Both the position numbers and the translations under genes were made by a program. A stretch of 64,000 bases of DNA from Candidatus Multivoradales bacterium (GTDB taxonomy: Bacteria; Acidobacteriota; Thermoanaerobaculia; Multivoradales; JAHEKO01), in NCBI GenBank assembly GCA_965223155.1, contig CBDCVR010000013.1, forward strand, positions 997,538-1,061,537. Reading direction: 5' to 3'. Within the stretch, counting starts at the first letter, position 1; each line of letters begins with the position of its first letter. Under the pieces are notes generated by a model. The model did no database searches and had not been told where the DNA came from. It worked only from the letters and a program-made list of their open reading frames with translations. Shown here piece after piece: positions 35,264-46,335 of the stretch.

Positions 35264-37504
35264 CTATTCGCCTGAGCCCTCCGCCACCGGCCCCGGCGCC
35301 GCCTCCCGCGCCAGCTTGAGCAGAAAGGCGTACTCCAAGGCCCGATCCCGGTAGCGCTTGAAGCGGCCGGAGGCGCCGCTATGCCCCGCCTCCATGTTGG
35401 TCTTGAGCAGCAGCAGATCGTCGTTGGTCCGCAGGCTGCGGAGCTTCGCCACGAACTTGGCCGGTTCCCAGTACTGGACCTGAGAGTCGTGCAATCCGGT
35501 GGTGATGAGCATCGCCGGATAGTCCTTGGCCGCGAGCTGATCGTAGGGCGAGTAGGAGAGGATGTACTCGTACGCCTCCTTCTCGTTGGGATCGCCCCAC
35601 TCGTCGTACTCACTGGTTGTCAGCGGAATGTCCGGATCGAGCATGGTGGTCACCACGTCCACGAACGGCACCTGGCTGACGATGCCGCGAAATAGCTCGG
35701 GAGCCGCGTTGGCTACCGCGCCCATCAGCAGCCCGCCGGCGCTGCCACCCATGGCGAACAGGCGCTCAGGGCTCGTATACCCCTCCTCGGCCAGGAACTT
35801 GCCAACGTCGACGAAGTCGTTGAACGTGTTCTTCTTGCGCATGAGCTTGCCGTCTTCGTACCACTGCCGGCCCAGGATCTGCCCGCCGCGGACGTGGGCG
35901 ATGGCGAAGGCGAAGCCACGGTCCAGAAGCGAAAGGCGGCTGGGGCTGAAGCCCGGATCGATCGAGGCGCCGTAGGAGCCGTAGCCGTAGAGCAGAAGCG
36001 GCCCGGAGCCGTCCTTCGGGAAGTCCTTGGGGTAGACCACCGACACGGGCACGGAAACGCCATCGCGGGCCTCGGCCCACAAGCGCTCGGCCCGGTAGTC
36101 CGCCGCATCGAACCCGCCCAGGACCTTGTCCTGCTTGCGCAGAGTCTTCTCGCGAGTCGTCATGTCGTAGTCGAAAACCGAGGGCGGCGTGGTCATCGAC
36201 TCGTAGGAGAACCGCAGCAAGTTGGTCTCGAAGGTCACGTTGTTGTCGAAGTAGGCGTCGTAGGCCTGCTCGCCGAAATCCAGGTAGTGCTCCTGGGAGC
36301 CGTCCCAGGGGCGAACCCGCATCTGAATCAGTCCCTGGGAGCGCTCGGAGACCACCAGGAAGTCCCGGAAGATCTCGAAGCCGCCCAGGTAGACGTCGGT
36401 CCGGTGCGGCAGCACCTCGGCCCAGTCGTCCTTGGAAGCCGAACCGATGGGCGCTTTCATCAAGCGGAAGTTGGTGGCTTCCCAATTGGTGCGGATGAAG
36501 AACTCGGAGCCGAAGTCCTCAATCGCGTACTCGTGATTCGGCTCGCGCGGCAAGAAGATCCGGAACTCGCCCTCGGGCTCGTCGGCGGGCAGGTAGCGAT
36601 ACTCGCTCGACAGGGTTTGCTCGGAGGCAAGCATGACGTACTTGCGGGACTTGGTCTTCCAGACCCAGGCGTTGAACTCCTCGTCGTCCTCCTCGTAGAC
36701 GAGTACGTCCTCGGCCCGGTCGGTGCCCAGAACGTGACGGTAGATTCGGGCCCAGCGCAGGGTCTCCGGGTCTTGCTGGGTGTAGAAGAGAGTGCGGTTG
36801 TCGGCCGCCCAGGCCGAGTTGCCGGTGACGTTCTGGATCGCATCCGGAAGATCCTCGCCGGTAGCCAGGTCGCGAAACTTCAGGGTGTAGAGCCGCCGCC
36901 CGACGGTGTCGATGGCGTACGCCAGAACATCGTGGTCCGGGCTAGCCTTGACGCCCACGACGCGGACGTGCTCGTGCCCTTCGGCCAGCTTGTTGACGTC
37001 CAGCAGGATCTCCTCGTCGGCCTCGAGTGAGCCCTGCTTGCGGCAGTAGATCGGGTACTCGCCACCCTCCTCGTAGCGCGAGTAGTAGAAGAAGCCGTCC
37101 AACTCGTAGGGAACCGACGACTCGTCGGGCTCGATCCGCCCCTTCATCTCTTCGAACAACTCCTCCTGAAGCGCCTCGGTGTCGGCCATCTGGGCTTCGA
37201 CGTAGGCGTTCTCGCGCTCCAGGTACTCCAGTACCTCGGGGCTCTCGCGCTCCTTGAGCCAGTAGTAGTCGTCGATGCGCTCGTGGCCGTGCTGCTCGAG
37301 GCGATGCGGCTTGCGCGCCGCCGTGGGCTCCGCGGGACCATCCGCGGCAGGAGTTTCGGCGGCCTCCGGCGCGGCCGTAGCCGCCGAGGCGTCAGACTCC
37401 GGCTTGGGCTCCGTCCCCCCGTCCCGGTTCATGGACACACAACCCGAGGCGAGGACCAGTACGAGGCCGAGCGCGCACCCGGCGGCGGAAATCTGTCTTG
37501 GCAT
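35264..37504 (-). CDS. S9A prolyl oligopeptidase / oligopeptidase B-like lipoprotein
   Basis: C-terminal catalytic region GGSAGGLLMG (Ser nucleophile) plus Asp/His region. Lipoprotein signal LVLASGC. GGAG RBS before the ATG at 37504. Confidence 0.85.
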   Translation of the reverse strand: MPRQISAAGCALGLVLVLASGCVSMNRDGGTEPKPESDASAATAAPEAAETPAADGPAEPTAARKPHRLEQHGHERIDDYYWLKERESPEVLEYLERENAYVEAQMADTEALQEELFEEMKGRIEPDESSVPYELDGFFYYSRYEEGGEYPIYCRKQGSLEADEEILLDVNKLAEGHEHVRVVGVKASPDHDVLAYAIDTVGRRLYTLKFRDLATGEDLPDAIQNVTGNSAWAADNRTLFYTQQDPETLRWARIYRHVLGTDRAEDVLVYEEDDEEFNAWVWKTKSRKYVMLASEQTLSSEYRYLPADEPEGEFRIFLPREPNHEYAIEDFGSEFFIRTNWEATNFRLMKAPIGSASKDDWAEVLPHRTDVYLGGFEIFRDFLVVSERSQGLIQMRVRPWDGSQEHYLDFGEQAYDAYFDNNVTFETNLLRFSYESMTTPPSVFDYDMTTREKTLRKQDKVLGGFDAADYRAERLWAEARDGVSVPVSVVYPKDFPKDGSGPLLLYGYGSYGASIDPGFSPSRLSLLDRGFAFAIAHVRGGQILGRQWYEDGKLMRKKNTFNDFVDVGKFLAEEGYTSPERLFAMGGSAGGLLMGAVANAAPELFRGIVSQVPFVDVVTTMLDPDIPLTTSEYDEWGDPNEKEAYEYILSYSPYDQLAAKDYPAMLITTGLHDSQVQYWEPAKFVAKLRSLRTNDDLLLLKTNMEAGHSGASGRFKRYRDRALEYAFLLKLAREAAPGPVAEGSGE

Positions 37505-37792
37505 GAACAACTCCTTCTCACGAAGATCACGAGGATTCCAGGATCGGAGACCCGGAAGGACTCCAGAGGAACCGAGCGGGCGAGGACTCCGGACCGGAAT
37601 CGCTGCCCGCAGCTCATGATCCTACTGGCAATGCCCCGTCTCCACTAGCCTCACGAGCGCCCTGGGGCGCCGACCTTCTGAGAAGTCCTCTGAAGGAACG
37701 TGAGGGCCTGACCACGAACAGCCTCCGCCTCGGGGCCGCCAGCCCGCGGCCGAGCGAGGTGCTAGCCTTCCGCAATGGAGCACGGGCGGTTG

Positions 37793-38596
37793 ATGGAGCG
37801 GATCTTCGGGGCGCCGCGGGCCCTCATCGGCGTCGCGCATCTGGCGCCTCTACCGGGGACTCCTCGAGCCGGGCTGAGCGTGGACGAGATCGCCGAACGA
37901 GCGGTCCGGGACGCCGAGGTCTACGCCGGATCCGGCTTCGACGCGGTGCTGCTCGAGAACATGGGCGACCGGCCCTATCTCAAGCGCGGAGTGGGACCCG
38001 AGATCGTGGCCGCCGCCACCGCGGCCGGGCGGGCAATCCGTGAGGCCGTCGACCTTCCTCTCGGAGTCCAGCTCCTGGCCGGCGCCAACCGCGAGGCTTT
38101 GGCGGTGGCCCTGGCCGTGGGCGCGGCCTTTGTCCGCGTCGAAGGGTTCGTCTTCGGTCACGTCGCCGACGAGGGCTGGATGGACGCCGACGCCGGCGCC
38201 CTGCTGCGCTACCGCGAAACGATCGGCGCCGGCCACCTGGCGGTGATCGCCGACATCAAGAAGAAGCACTCGTCGCATGCCGCCACCGCCGACGTCGACC
38301 TTGCCGAAACCGCCCGTGCCGCAGAGTTCTTTCTGGCCGACGGCGTGGTCGTGACCGGCCGGGCGACCGCCGAGCCCACGGCGCCCGCCGAGGTCGACGC
38401 GGTCGCGGCGGCCGTGGGCATCCCGGTCCTCGTGGGCTCGGGCGTGACTCCCGACCGGATCGCCGGCCTGTCTCGCGCTAGCGGCCTCATCGTGGGCTCC
38501 TACGCCAAGACCGGCGGCGTCTGGAGCGACCCGGTCGATCCAGAACGGGCCGGGGAGCTAGTGGCGGCTTTCGCGCGAGCCCATGCGACCGCGTGA
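37793..38596 (+). CDS. BtpA/SgcQ family protein
   Basis: VLLENMGDRPY motif and a TIM-barrel-like length. Overlaps the downstream kinase gene by 14 nt. Confidence 0.7.
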   Translation: MERIFGAPRALIGVAHLAPLPGTPRAGLSVDEIAERAVRDAEVYAGSGFDAVLLENMGDRPYLKRGVGPEIVAAATAAGRAIREAVDLPLGVQLLAGANREALAVALAVGAAFVRVEGFVFGHVADEGWMDADAGALLRYRETIGAGHLAVIADIKKKHSSHAATADVDLAETARAAEFFLADGVVVTGRATAEPTAPAEVDAVAAAVGIPVLVGSGVTPDRIAGLSRASGLIVGSYAKTGGVWSDPVDPERAGELVAAFARAHATA

Positions 38597-39577
38597 TGAC
38601 GTTCCCACCCACACCGACCCAGCGCCCAGACCTCGCCCAGCGGTGACGGCTTCCGCGGCCGGATCGAGACCGAAACTCGTCGTCTTCGGCAACCTCGTCT
38701 TGGACGACGTGGTCTCGGACGACGGCTCGACTCGCTTCGGCCAGGCCGGCGGCGCGGTGGCGTATTGCGCTCTGGGAGCGGCCTTGTGGAGACGGCCGAC
38801 GGGCATCGTCAGCATTGCCGGCGGCGACTACCCGGAGTCGGTGCTGAAGGCACTGGCCGGGCGCGGCATCGACCTGGACGGCGTTCGTCGCAGTACCGGT
38901 CCGGGACTGCGAAGCTGGCTCCTGTATGAGGGCGAGCTGCGGCGGGTGGTGCACCGGCTGGCCGCGCCCTCCCACCATCGGATGTCTCCAACGCCTCGGG
39001 ACCTGCCGGCGGCCTGGCAACCGCGGGCCATTCATGTCGCACCGATGCCGCTCGACCGGCAGGCCGAGATCCTCGATGAGTTGGCGGCCCGGCCGGATCG
39101 ACCGCTGATCTCGGTGGATCCCTTCGAGCTCGTCACCACCGCCAACGAGGCCCGGTGCCGGGAGGCCTTGGGGACCGCCGACGTCCTGTTCGTGAGCCGG
39201 GACGAGCTCCGATTCGGGACCGGCCCGGACGGCGGCGATGACGAAACCGGGGCCGTCCATGCCTTGAACCGACTTGCCCGGTGGGGACCGCGCTACGTCC
39301 TGGTCAAGGAAGGCAGCCGCGGTGGCACGGCTCGCGACAGCCAGGGCGGGATCGACCGGGAGTGGCCGGGTCGCGCTCGGCGGGTTGTGGATCCGACCGG
39401 CGCCGGCGATGCCTTCGCCGGTGGCCTGCTGGCGGGCCTGGCCTTCGGCGAAGATCTCGAGGCCGCTCTCGAGCGGGCCGTGGTCTCGGCCAGCTTCGCC
39501 CTGGAGAGCAGCGACCTCGTCGAGCTGGCCGCGGTCTCGTCCGACCGCGCCGAGCAGCGGCGAGCGGAGTGGTTCTC

Positions 39578-39581
<4 letters not shown>
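38583..39581 (+). CDS. PfkB-family carbohydrate kinase, probable pseudouridine kinase
   Basis: Ribokinase-like signatures (VVFGNLVLDDVV ... DPTGAGDAFAGGLLAGL). Its stop overlaps the psuG ATG (ATGA). Confidence 0.75.
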
Positions 39582-40501
<920 letters not shown>

Positions 40502-40678
40502 GCCAACCGGACCGAGGCTGAGCTCGCGCGGCCCGGCGACGGCACCGGCCAGGAAGAATCTTCCGGCCACGCAGTCCGGCGTGTGAACTTTGCCATAGGC
40601 CCCACTTGAACGGCGGAGCATTCTTGCTCCATCGGTTCCCGGGGCGCGGCCTTGCCAAACCCCGACGCACAAGACACG

Positions 40679-41377
40679 ATGACAGAACCCAAGGCCAAGA
40701 AGATCCTGATCGTCATGTCCGAGGTCGAGGCCTACCGGCTCGTGGGCCGCTTCGTCGAACGCACCGGCATGACCATGCATCGCTGCGACACCGGGCGCCG
40801 GGCTCTCGAGCGCGCCACGGAGAGCGACTACGATCTCATCGTCGCCCGGCTGCCCCTGGCCGACCTGAGCCTGCCGACCTTTACTTCGACCCTGCGCCGA
40901 GGCGGCAGCAAGAACGCCGAGACCGCCCTGCTCTTGCTGGCCGAGGCCAGCCAGCATCGCGCGGCCCTGGCCATGCGCTCCCCGAGGACCGAGGTCGTGG
41001 ATCTGAGCCAACCCGAGCCGCAGCTCGACCGGGCGCTGACCAGCGTCCTCGGAGTCGCGCTCCGCGCCTCGGCCCGCCTGGACGTCGAGCTCGACCTGGA
41101 GGCCGAGCGCCGGCACTTTCGGACCCGGAACATCTCGCGAAGCGGCATGTTGGTCGAGGCCGAGGCTCCCCCGCCGGTGGGCCTCGAGATCGCCTTCAAC
41201 TTCACTTTGCCGGCCCGGTTCACCCCAATCCATGGCCTGGGCCAGGTCGTGCGGCATACCGACCCGACCAAGGAACTGGTCCCCGGCTTCGGCATCCGGT
41301 TCACCGCATTCCCGGAAGGCGCCGCCGACGCCATCGAGTCGTTCGTCGAACACCGGCTTCAGGCCGTAGCTTCCTAG
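40679..41377 (+). CDS. PilZ domain protein with degenerate N-terminal receiver-like domain
   Basis: C-terminal RTRNISRSGMLVE ... GLGQVVRH resembles the PilZ RxxxR/DxSxGG motifs. N-terminal KKILIVMSE is receiver-like. Confidence 0.6.
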   Translation: MTEPKAKKILIVMSEVEAYRLVGRFVERTGMTMHRCDTGRRALERATESDYDLIVARLPLADLSLPTFTSTLRRGGSKNAETALLLLAEASQHRAALAMRSPRTEVVDLSQPEPQLDRALTSVLGVALRASARLDVELDLEAERRHFRTRNISRSGMLVEAEAPPPVGLEIAFNFTLPARFTPIHGLGQVVRHTDPTKELVPGFGIRFTAFPEGAADAIESFVEHRLQAVAS

Positions 41378-41417
41378 GCGCCTGTCGGCGGCCCCACGGA
41401 TAGAATCCTTTCGAGCG

Positions 41418-42035
41418 ATGTGTCCTCCCACCTCCTCGGCTCTCACCGTTTCGCTGGCTGCCGCGCTGCTCGTGCTCGCCCTGGCCTGCAATCCCTCGGC
41501 AGAGACCGGCACAGCCGAGGGCGGGAAGCCCGCGGACGCCGCTCCAACCGGCGGCCAGGCACCCGGCGAGCCCACCGAGCCCTCCTATCGCCTGGCCGAG
41601 CTCCTACCCTACGGTGGCGAGCCCTTTCCGGAAGTCTTTACCGCCGGGCAGCCGTCTACCAACGATCTCCGCGGGCTCGTGGACCACGGCGTGACCGCTG
41701 TCGTCAATCTCCGCTATCCGACCGAACGCGGTGTGCGCTCCGAGATCGAGCTGATCGGGGAGCTGGGCCTCGACTACATCGCCATTCCGGTCCGCGGCTC
41801 CGAAGGGCTGACCCGCGAGAACGCTCTCGCATTGGACACCGCTCTGGCCGAGGCGGAAGGTCCCGTTCTGGTTCACTGCGGCAGCAGCAATCGGGTCGGC
41901 GGCCTGTTCGCCCTGCGCGCCTTCTACCTCAAGGGCGCGAGCATCGAGGAAGCCCTGAGCGTGGGTCGCTCGGCGGGTCTTACCCGCCTCGAGCCCGCGG
42001 TCCGCGAGATCCTCGAAAGCGCCTCGGTCGGCTAG
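41418..42035 (+). CDS. lipoprotein with DUF442-type (PTP/rhodanese-like, beta-lactamase-hydrolase-like) phosphatase domain
   Basis: Lipobox LALAC. VLVHCGSSNRVGG active-site-like CX4-5R loop. Confidence 0.55.
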   Translation: MCPPTSSALTVSLAAALLVLALACNPSAETGTAEGGKPADAAPTGGQAPGEPTEPSYRLAELLPYGGEPFPEVFTAGQPSTNDLRGLVDHGVTAVVNLRYPTERGVRSEIELIGELGLDYIAIPVRGSEGLTRENALALDTALAEAEGPVLVHCGSSNRVGGLFALRAFYLKGASIEEALSVGRSAGLTRLEPAVREILESASVG

Positions 42036-43453
42036 GCGTCCGCCCCGTCGATCAGGTGAGCGATCGAGTTGGCGTAGAAGGCCAGAAGATCCCGCTCCTC
42101 GGGCACAACCCGGAGGCCGGCGTCTTCGTCGTCCACCACCGCCCGGCGCAGCAATAGCATTCTCAGGCCGACATCGATGGCGTAGTCGCCGTCGTCCCGC
42201 GGCAGGTAGATCTGTCCGCCCGCCCCCTGGATCTCCTCCATCAACGAGTGCACCGCGGCCTTGAGCTCGAGTCGCGAGACCGGGCCTTCGGCACGGCTCA
42301 AACACGTCGCCACCAGAGACACGGGCAGGACCGGAATCACCGCCGCCACCTCGTCCATGAGGCTACCGGCCAGCTCGGCCACGCGGGCAAATCTCTGGGA
42401 GCGGTCGAGGGAAGCGACCTCCACGCCGGCCTCCTCAAGATACTCGCGCAAGCTCACCGGCCGCCCGAAGCTGACGCAGGCGTAGCCGAACCGGTACCAC
42501 TTGCCCTGGAGCCACAGCGCCAGGTTCTTGGTCCAGAACGCTAGCGTGGTCCAGGCGGCGGCCAGGCCCCGCTTGCGCTGTCTGCCGTCGGTCGTATCCA
42601 GGAGCAGTGTGCGGTCCTCCAGCACCCGGTCGTAATTGAGGCCGGCGGGCACGAAGACCACGTCGCGCGGGCCCGCGGGATCAAAGGACCGGACCATGTA
42701 GTCCAAGAGCCCCAGCTTGGCCTCGCCCAGGCGGCCGTCCCGGGACAGCCGACCCTCGGGATACATGGCCTGGGTGACGCCCTCGCGGGTCGCCATCGCC
42801 ACATAACGGGCCAGCACGCGGCGATAAAGCGGGTTGCGCGACCGCCGCCGCACGAAGTAGGCGCCCATGGAACGCACCAGACCCTCCAGGGGAAAACGTC
42901 GAGCCCACTCGCCGACGGCGTACGACAGCGCCGTGCGCTCCGCCACCAGGTACGAGACCAGGATGTAGTCCATGTTGCTGCGGTGGTTCATCACGAAGAC
43001 GATCGTGGAGCCTGCCGGAACCGACTCCAGGGCGGCGCTGTCGACCGAGCCCAGTCGCACCCGGTACAGCGCGCGCGCCAACCGGCGGGACAGCCAGTAA
43101 CCGAATCGAAAGTAGACCAGGGCATTGAATGACGGCACGATCTCGCGCGCGTAGCGCTCCACCCGGTCCATGACCACGGCTCGAGGAAACTGCTCCTCGG
43201 CGGCCAGCCGTTCGGCGGCCTCGGTCACCTGGGGATCGAACAGCAAGCGATCGATCAGCACCCGCCGCTTGGTCAGCTTGAAGGGCTGGATGTTGATCTG
43301 GAGGCGCTGGTTGACCTCCTCCAGAACGCGGTTGACCCGCCGGCGCAGAAACCAGCGCACGCTGGGCATGAACAGCCGTTCCAAGAGGAGCCAGCTTGCG
43401 GCAGCCACCAGGACCACCACCAGCCAGCGCGGCAGCATCACGGGATCCGTCAC
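42032..43453 (-). CDS. glycerolipid acyltransferase (PlsB/GPAT-like)
   Basis: HxxxxD acyltransferase motif (NHRSNMDYILV). N-terminal TM. GTG start at 43453, or ATG 15 nt downstream. Confidence 0.7.
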   Translation of the reverse strand: MTDPVMLPRWLVVVLVAAASWLLLERLFMPSVRWFLRRRVNRVLEEVNQRLQINIQPFKLTKRRVLIDRLLFDPQVTEAAERLAAEEQFPRAVVMDRVERYAREIVPSFNALVYFRFGYWLSRRLARALYRVRLGSVDSAALESVPAGSTIVFVMNHRSNMDYILVSYLVAERTALSYAVGEWARRFPLEGLVRSMGAYFVRRRSRNPLYRRVLARYVAMATREGVTQAMYPEGRLSRDGRLGEAKLGLLDYMVRSFDPAGPRDVVFVPAGLNYDRVLEDRTLLLDTTDGRQRKRGLAAAWTTLAFWTKNLALWLQGKWYRFGYACVSFGRPVSLREYLEEAGVEVASLDRSQRFARVAELAGSLMDEVAAVIPVLPVSLVATCLSRAEGPVSRLELKAAVHSLMEEIQGAGGQIYLPRDDGDYAIDVGLRMLLLRRAVVDDEDAGLRVVPEERDLLAFYANSIAHLIDGADA

Positions 43454-43573
43454 GGTGGCCCGATCTTAGTCTGCCGCGCACCGGACGGGCAGCGTCGGGA
43501 TCGTGCTCTGTGGCGCTGAGCCGTCCCGCGCGTCAGAGAGAGGCTAGAATCGGCGCTTCGAGGAGGCGCCACC

Positions 43574-44389
43574 ATGTCCGACGAACACCGCATCGAGCCG
43601 GGATCGACCGTCACCCTCGACACGATCCCGACCACCGCGGAGACCTACCACTCCGACCGGGAGGAGGCCGAAGCCGAGTTCAAGGCGCTGCGCCGCGAGC
43701 TGGCCGAGCTCCAGCACCGACTCTACTCGGAGGGCCGGCAGAAGCTTCTGGTCGTCCTTCAGGCAATGGACGCCGGGGGCAAAGACAGCACCATCCGGCG
43801 GGTCTTTTCTCGAGTCAACCCGCAGGGTGTCCGGGTCGCTTCGTTCAAGGCTCCGACCAAGGACGAGCTGGCTCACGACTTCCTCTGGCGGGTTCACAAG
43901 CAGGTGCCCGGCAAGGGCATGATCCGAGTCTTCAACCGGTCGCACTACGAGGACGTGCTGATCGTGCGGGTCGACCGGCTGGTCCCGGACGAGGTCTGGC
44001 AGGCCCGCTACGCCACCATCAACGAGTTCGAGCATCTGCTGGCCGGGACCGGCAGCCGGATCCTCAAGTTCTATCTCCACATCTCGAGAGAGGAGCAGCG
44101 GCGGCGCTTCCAGAGTCGTCTCGACGACCCTAGAAAGAACTGGAAATTCTCGCTCGAGGATCTCGAGAAGCGCAAGCAGTGGGATGAGTACATGGCCGCC
44201 TACGAAGCCGCTCTGGAACACTGTTCGACCGCGTACGCGCCCTGGTTCGCGATCCCCTCGGATCAGAAGTGGTACCGCAACCTGGCGATCGCCCGGATTC
44301 TGGTGGCCACGCTGCGGGACATGGACCCCCGCTATCCCGAGATCGAGCCCGAGGTCGCGGCCCGGCTCGACGACGTCACGATCACCTGA
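43574..44389 (+). CDS. ppk2: polyphosphate kinase 2 family (polyphosphate:nucleotide phosphotransferase)
   Basis: Walker A-like MDAGGKDSTI and PPK2 lid region. AGGAGG RBS. Confidence 0.85.
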   Translation: MSDEHRIEPGSTVTLDTIPTTAETYHSDREEAEAEFKALRRELAELQHRLYSEGRQKLLVVLQAMDAGGKDSTIRRVFSRVNPQGVRVASFKAPTKDELAHDFLWRVHKQVPGKGMIRVFNRSHYEDVLIVRVDRLVPDEVWQARYATINEFEHLLAGTGSRILKFYLHISREEQRRRFQSRLDDPRKNWKFSLEDLEKRKQWDEYMAAYEAALEHCSTAYAPWFAIPSDQKWYRNLAIARILVATLRDMDPRYPEIEPEVAARLDDVTIT

Positions 44390-44430
44390 AACTGCCACCC
44401 GGCGCCGCTGCCGACTGGTAGAGTCTTGGT

Positions 44431-45594
44431 ATGCGCCGCTGGTCGATCCGGCTCGCGATTCTCCTGGCCCTCGTGATCGCCGCCTGGCTGCTCAAGGAGA
44501 CGGTCTTCGCGCCGAAACCGCTCGAGGTGCGGCTGGCCACCGTGAGCCCCGGCCTGGTCGAAGACACCATCACCAACTCTCGCGCCGGTACCGTGCGCGC
44601 ACGCCGCCGGGCCAAGCTCTCTCCCGAGGTCGGCGGCCAGATCCTGGAGATCCCGCACCGGGAGGGCGACCGCGTCGAGGCCGGTGCGGTCTTGCTCCAG
44701 CTCGATGACGGCAGCCAGCGGGCTAGCGCCGAGCTCCGGCGCCGCGAGCTGGAAGCAGCCCGGGCGGAGGAGAACCGGGCCTGCATCGCGGCCGAGCGGG
44801 CCCAGCGCGAGACCGGCCGGCTGCGCCGCCTGGCCGAAGACTCCATCGTCTCGGTGGATCTCCTGGACCAAGCCGAGAGCGCCCAGGCCGAAGCCACTGC
44901 CGCCTGCCGCGCCGGCCGCGCGCAGACCGCCCGCGCTCGCGCCGCCGAGGCTCTGGCCCGCACCGAGCTCGCCAAGACCGTTCTCCATGCCCCCTTTACC
45001 GGCGTCCTCGCCGAGATCGCGGTCGAGGTCGGAGAATGGACAACACCCTCGCCGCCGGGCATGCCGATCCCCGCGGTCATCGACATGCTGGATCCCGAGT
45101 CGGTCTACATCAGCGCTCCGATGGATGAAGTCGATTCCGCCCGCGTCCACCTCGGACAGACGGTGCGAGTCACGGTGGACTCGCACCGCGGCCGCACGTA
45201 CGACGGTCAGATCTCCCGCGTCGCCCCCTATGTGCTCGACGTTCAGGAACAGAATCGGACCGTCGAGGTCGAAGCCGAGCTCGACGATCCCGGTCTGGCC
45301 TCCAGCCTGCTGCCCGGGACCTCGGCCGACCTCGAAGTGGTTCTGGAGGTCCGCGACCAGGTCCTGCGGATCCCCACGGAGGCCCTCCTCGAGGGTGGCC
45401 GGGTGTTCGTCCTGGACGGCGAGGTACTCGACGAGCGCGAGCTCGAGCTGGGCCTGCGAAACTGGAACTTCACCGAGGTCGTGACCGGCCTGGAAGCGGG
45501 CGAGCGCGTCGTCATCTCACTCGAGCAGGCCGGACTTGAAGACGGCCGCGAAGCGGTCGAGGCGCCCGCCGAACCAGCCGCTGGAAACGGCTGA
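44431..45594 (+). CDS. HlyD/MacA-like periplasmic adaptor subunit
   Basis: N-terminal TM anchor and coiled-coil plus beta-barrel adaptor pattern. First gene of a four-gene efflux operon. Confidence 0.8.
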   Translation: MRRWSIRLAILLALVIAAWLLKETVFAPKPLEVRLATVSPGLVEDTITNSRAGTVRARRRAKLSPEVGGQILEIPHREGDRVEAGAVLLQLDDGSQRASAELRRRELEAARAEENRACIAAERAQRETGRLRRLAEDSIVSVDLLDQAESAQAEATAACRAGRAQTARARAAEALARTELAKTVLHAPFTGVLAEIAVEVGEWTTPSPPGMPIPAVIDMLDPESVYISAPMDEVDSARVHLGQTVRVTVDSHRGRTYDGQISRVAPYVLDVQEQNRTVEVEAELDDPGLASSLLPGTSADLEVVLEVRDQVLRIPTEALLEGGRVFVLDGEVLDERELELGLRNWNFTEVVTGLEAGERVVISLEQAGLEDGREAVEAPAEPAAGNG

Positions 45595-45597
45595 GTC

Positions 45598-46335
45598 GTG
45601 TCCAAGGGCGCGCCGGTACCCGCAATCCGCCTGCGCGGAATCGGCAGGACCTTCGAGGTCGGAGGCAAGCCCGTACGGGCCCTCGCGGACGTCGACGAGG
45701 ACATCGGCGCGGGCGAGCACGTGGCCATCATGGGGCCCTCAGGCTCGGGCAAGTCCACTCTGCTCAACATCTTGGGATGCCTGGACCGGCCCACCGCCGG
45801 CACCTACGAGCTTGCCGGGCGATCGGTGGGCGAGCTCAGCTCGGCCCAGCTCACCCACCTGCGGCGCCACGAAATCGGATTCGTCTTTCAGTTCTTTCAC
45901 CTGGTGCCCAGGCTAACCGCGCGCGAGAACGTGGAGCTGCCTCTGCTTTTCGCCGGCGTCGGCCGCGCCGAGCGTGCCCGGCGTACGGACCGAGCGGTCG
46001 CGGCGGTCGGCTTAGCCGACCGAGCCGGCCACAAGCCCGATCAGCTCTCGGGGGGCGAGCGGCAGCGGATCGCGCTCGCCCGCGCTACGATCATGAACCC
46101 GGCGCTTCTGCTTGCGGACGAGCCCACCGGCAACCTCGACTCCAAGTCGGGCGCCGGCGTCCTGGATCTGCTGGACCGGATGAACGACGAGGGCCGCACC
46201 CTGCTGGTCGTCACCCATGACGCCAAGGTCGCTCAGCGCGCCGACCGGATCATCGTCCTCGTCGACGGCCGCATTGCGCGACGAGTGCCCGGCGACCGCA
46301 TCTCGGAAGTTCTGGAGCTCCTGGCGGGCCCGTGA
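45598..46335 (+). CDS. ABC transporter ATP-binding protein (MacB/LolD type)
   Basis: Walker A GPSGSGKST, signature LSGGERQR, Walker B LLLADEPT. GTG start. Confidence 0.9.
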   Translation: MSKGAPVPAIRLRGIGRTFEVGGKPVRALADVDEDIGAGEHVAIMGPSGSGKSTLLNILGCLDRPTAGTYELAGRSVGELSSAQLTHLRRHEIGFVFQFFHLVPRLTARENVELPLLFAGVGRAERARRTDRAVAAVGLADRAGHKPDQLSGGERQRIALARATIMNPALLLADEPTGNLDSKSGAGVLDLLDRMNDEGRTLLVVTHDAKVAQRADRIIVLVDGRIARRVPGDRISEVLELLAGP

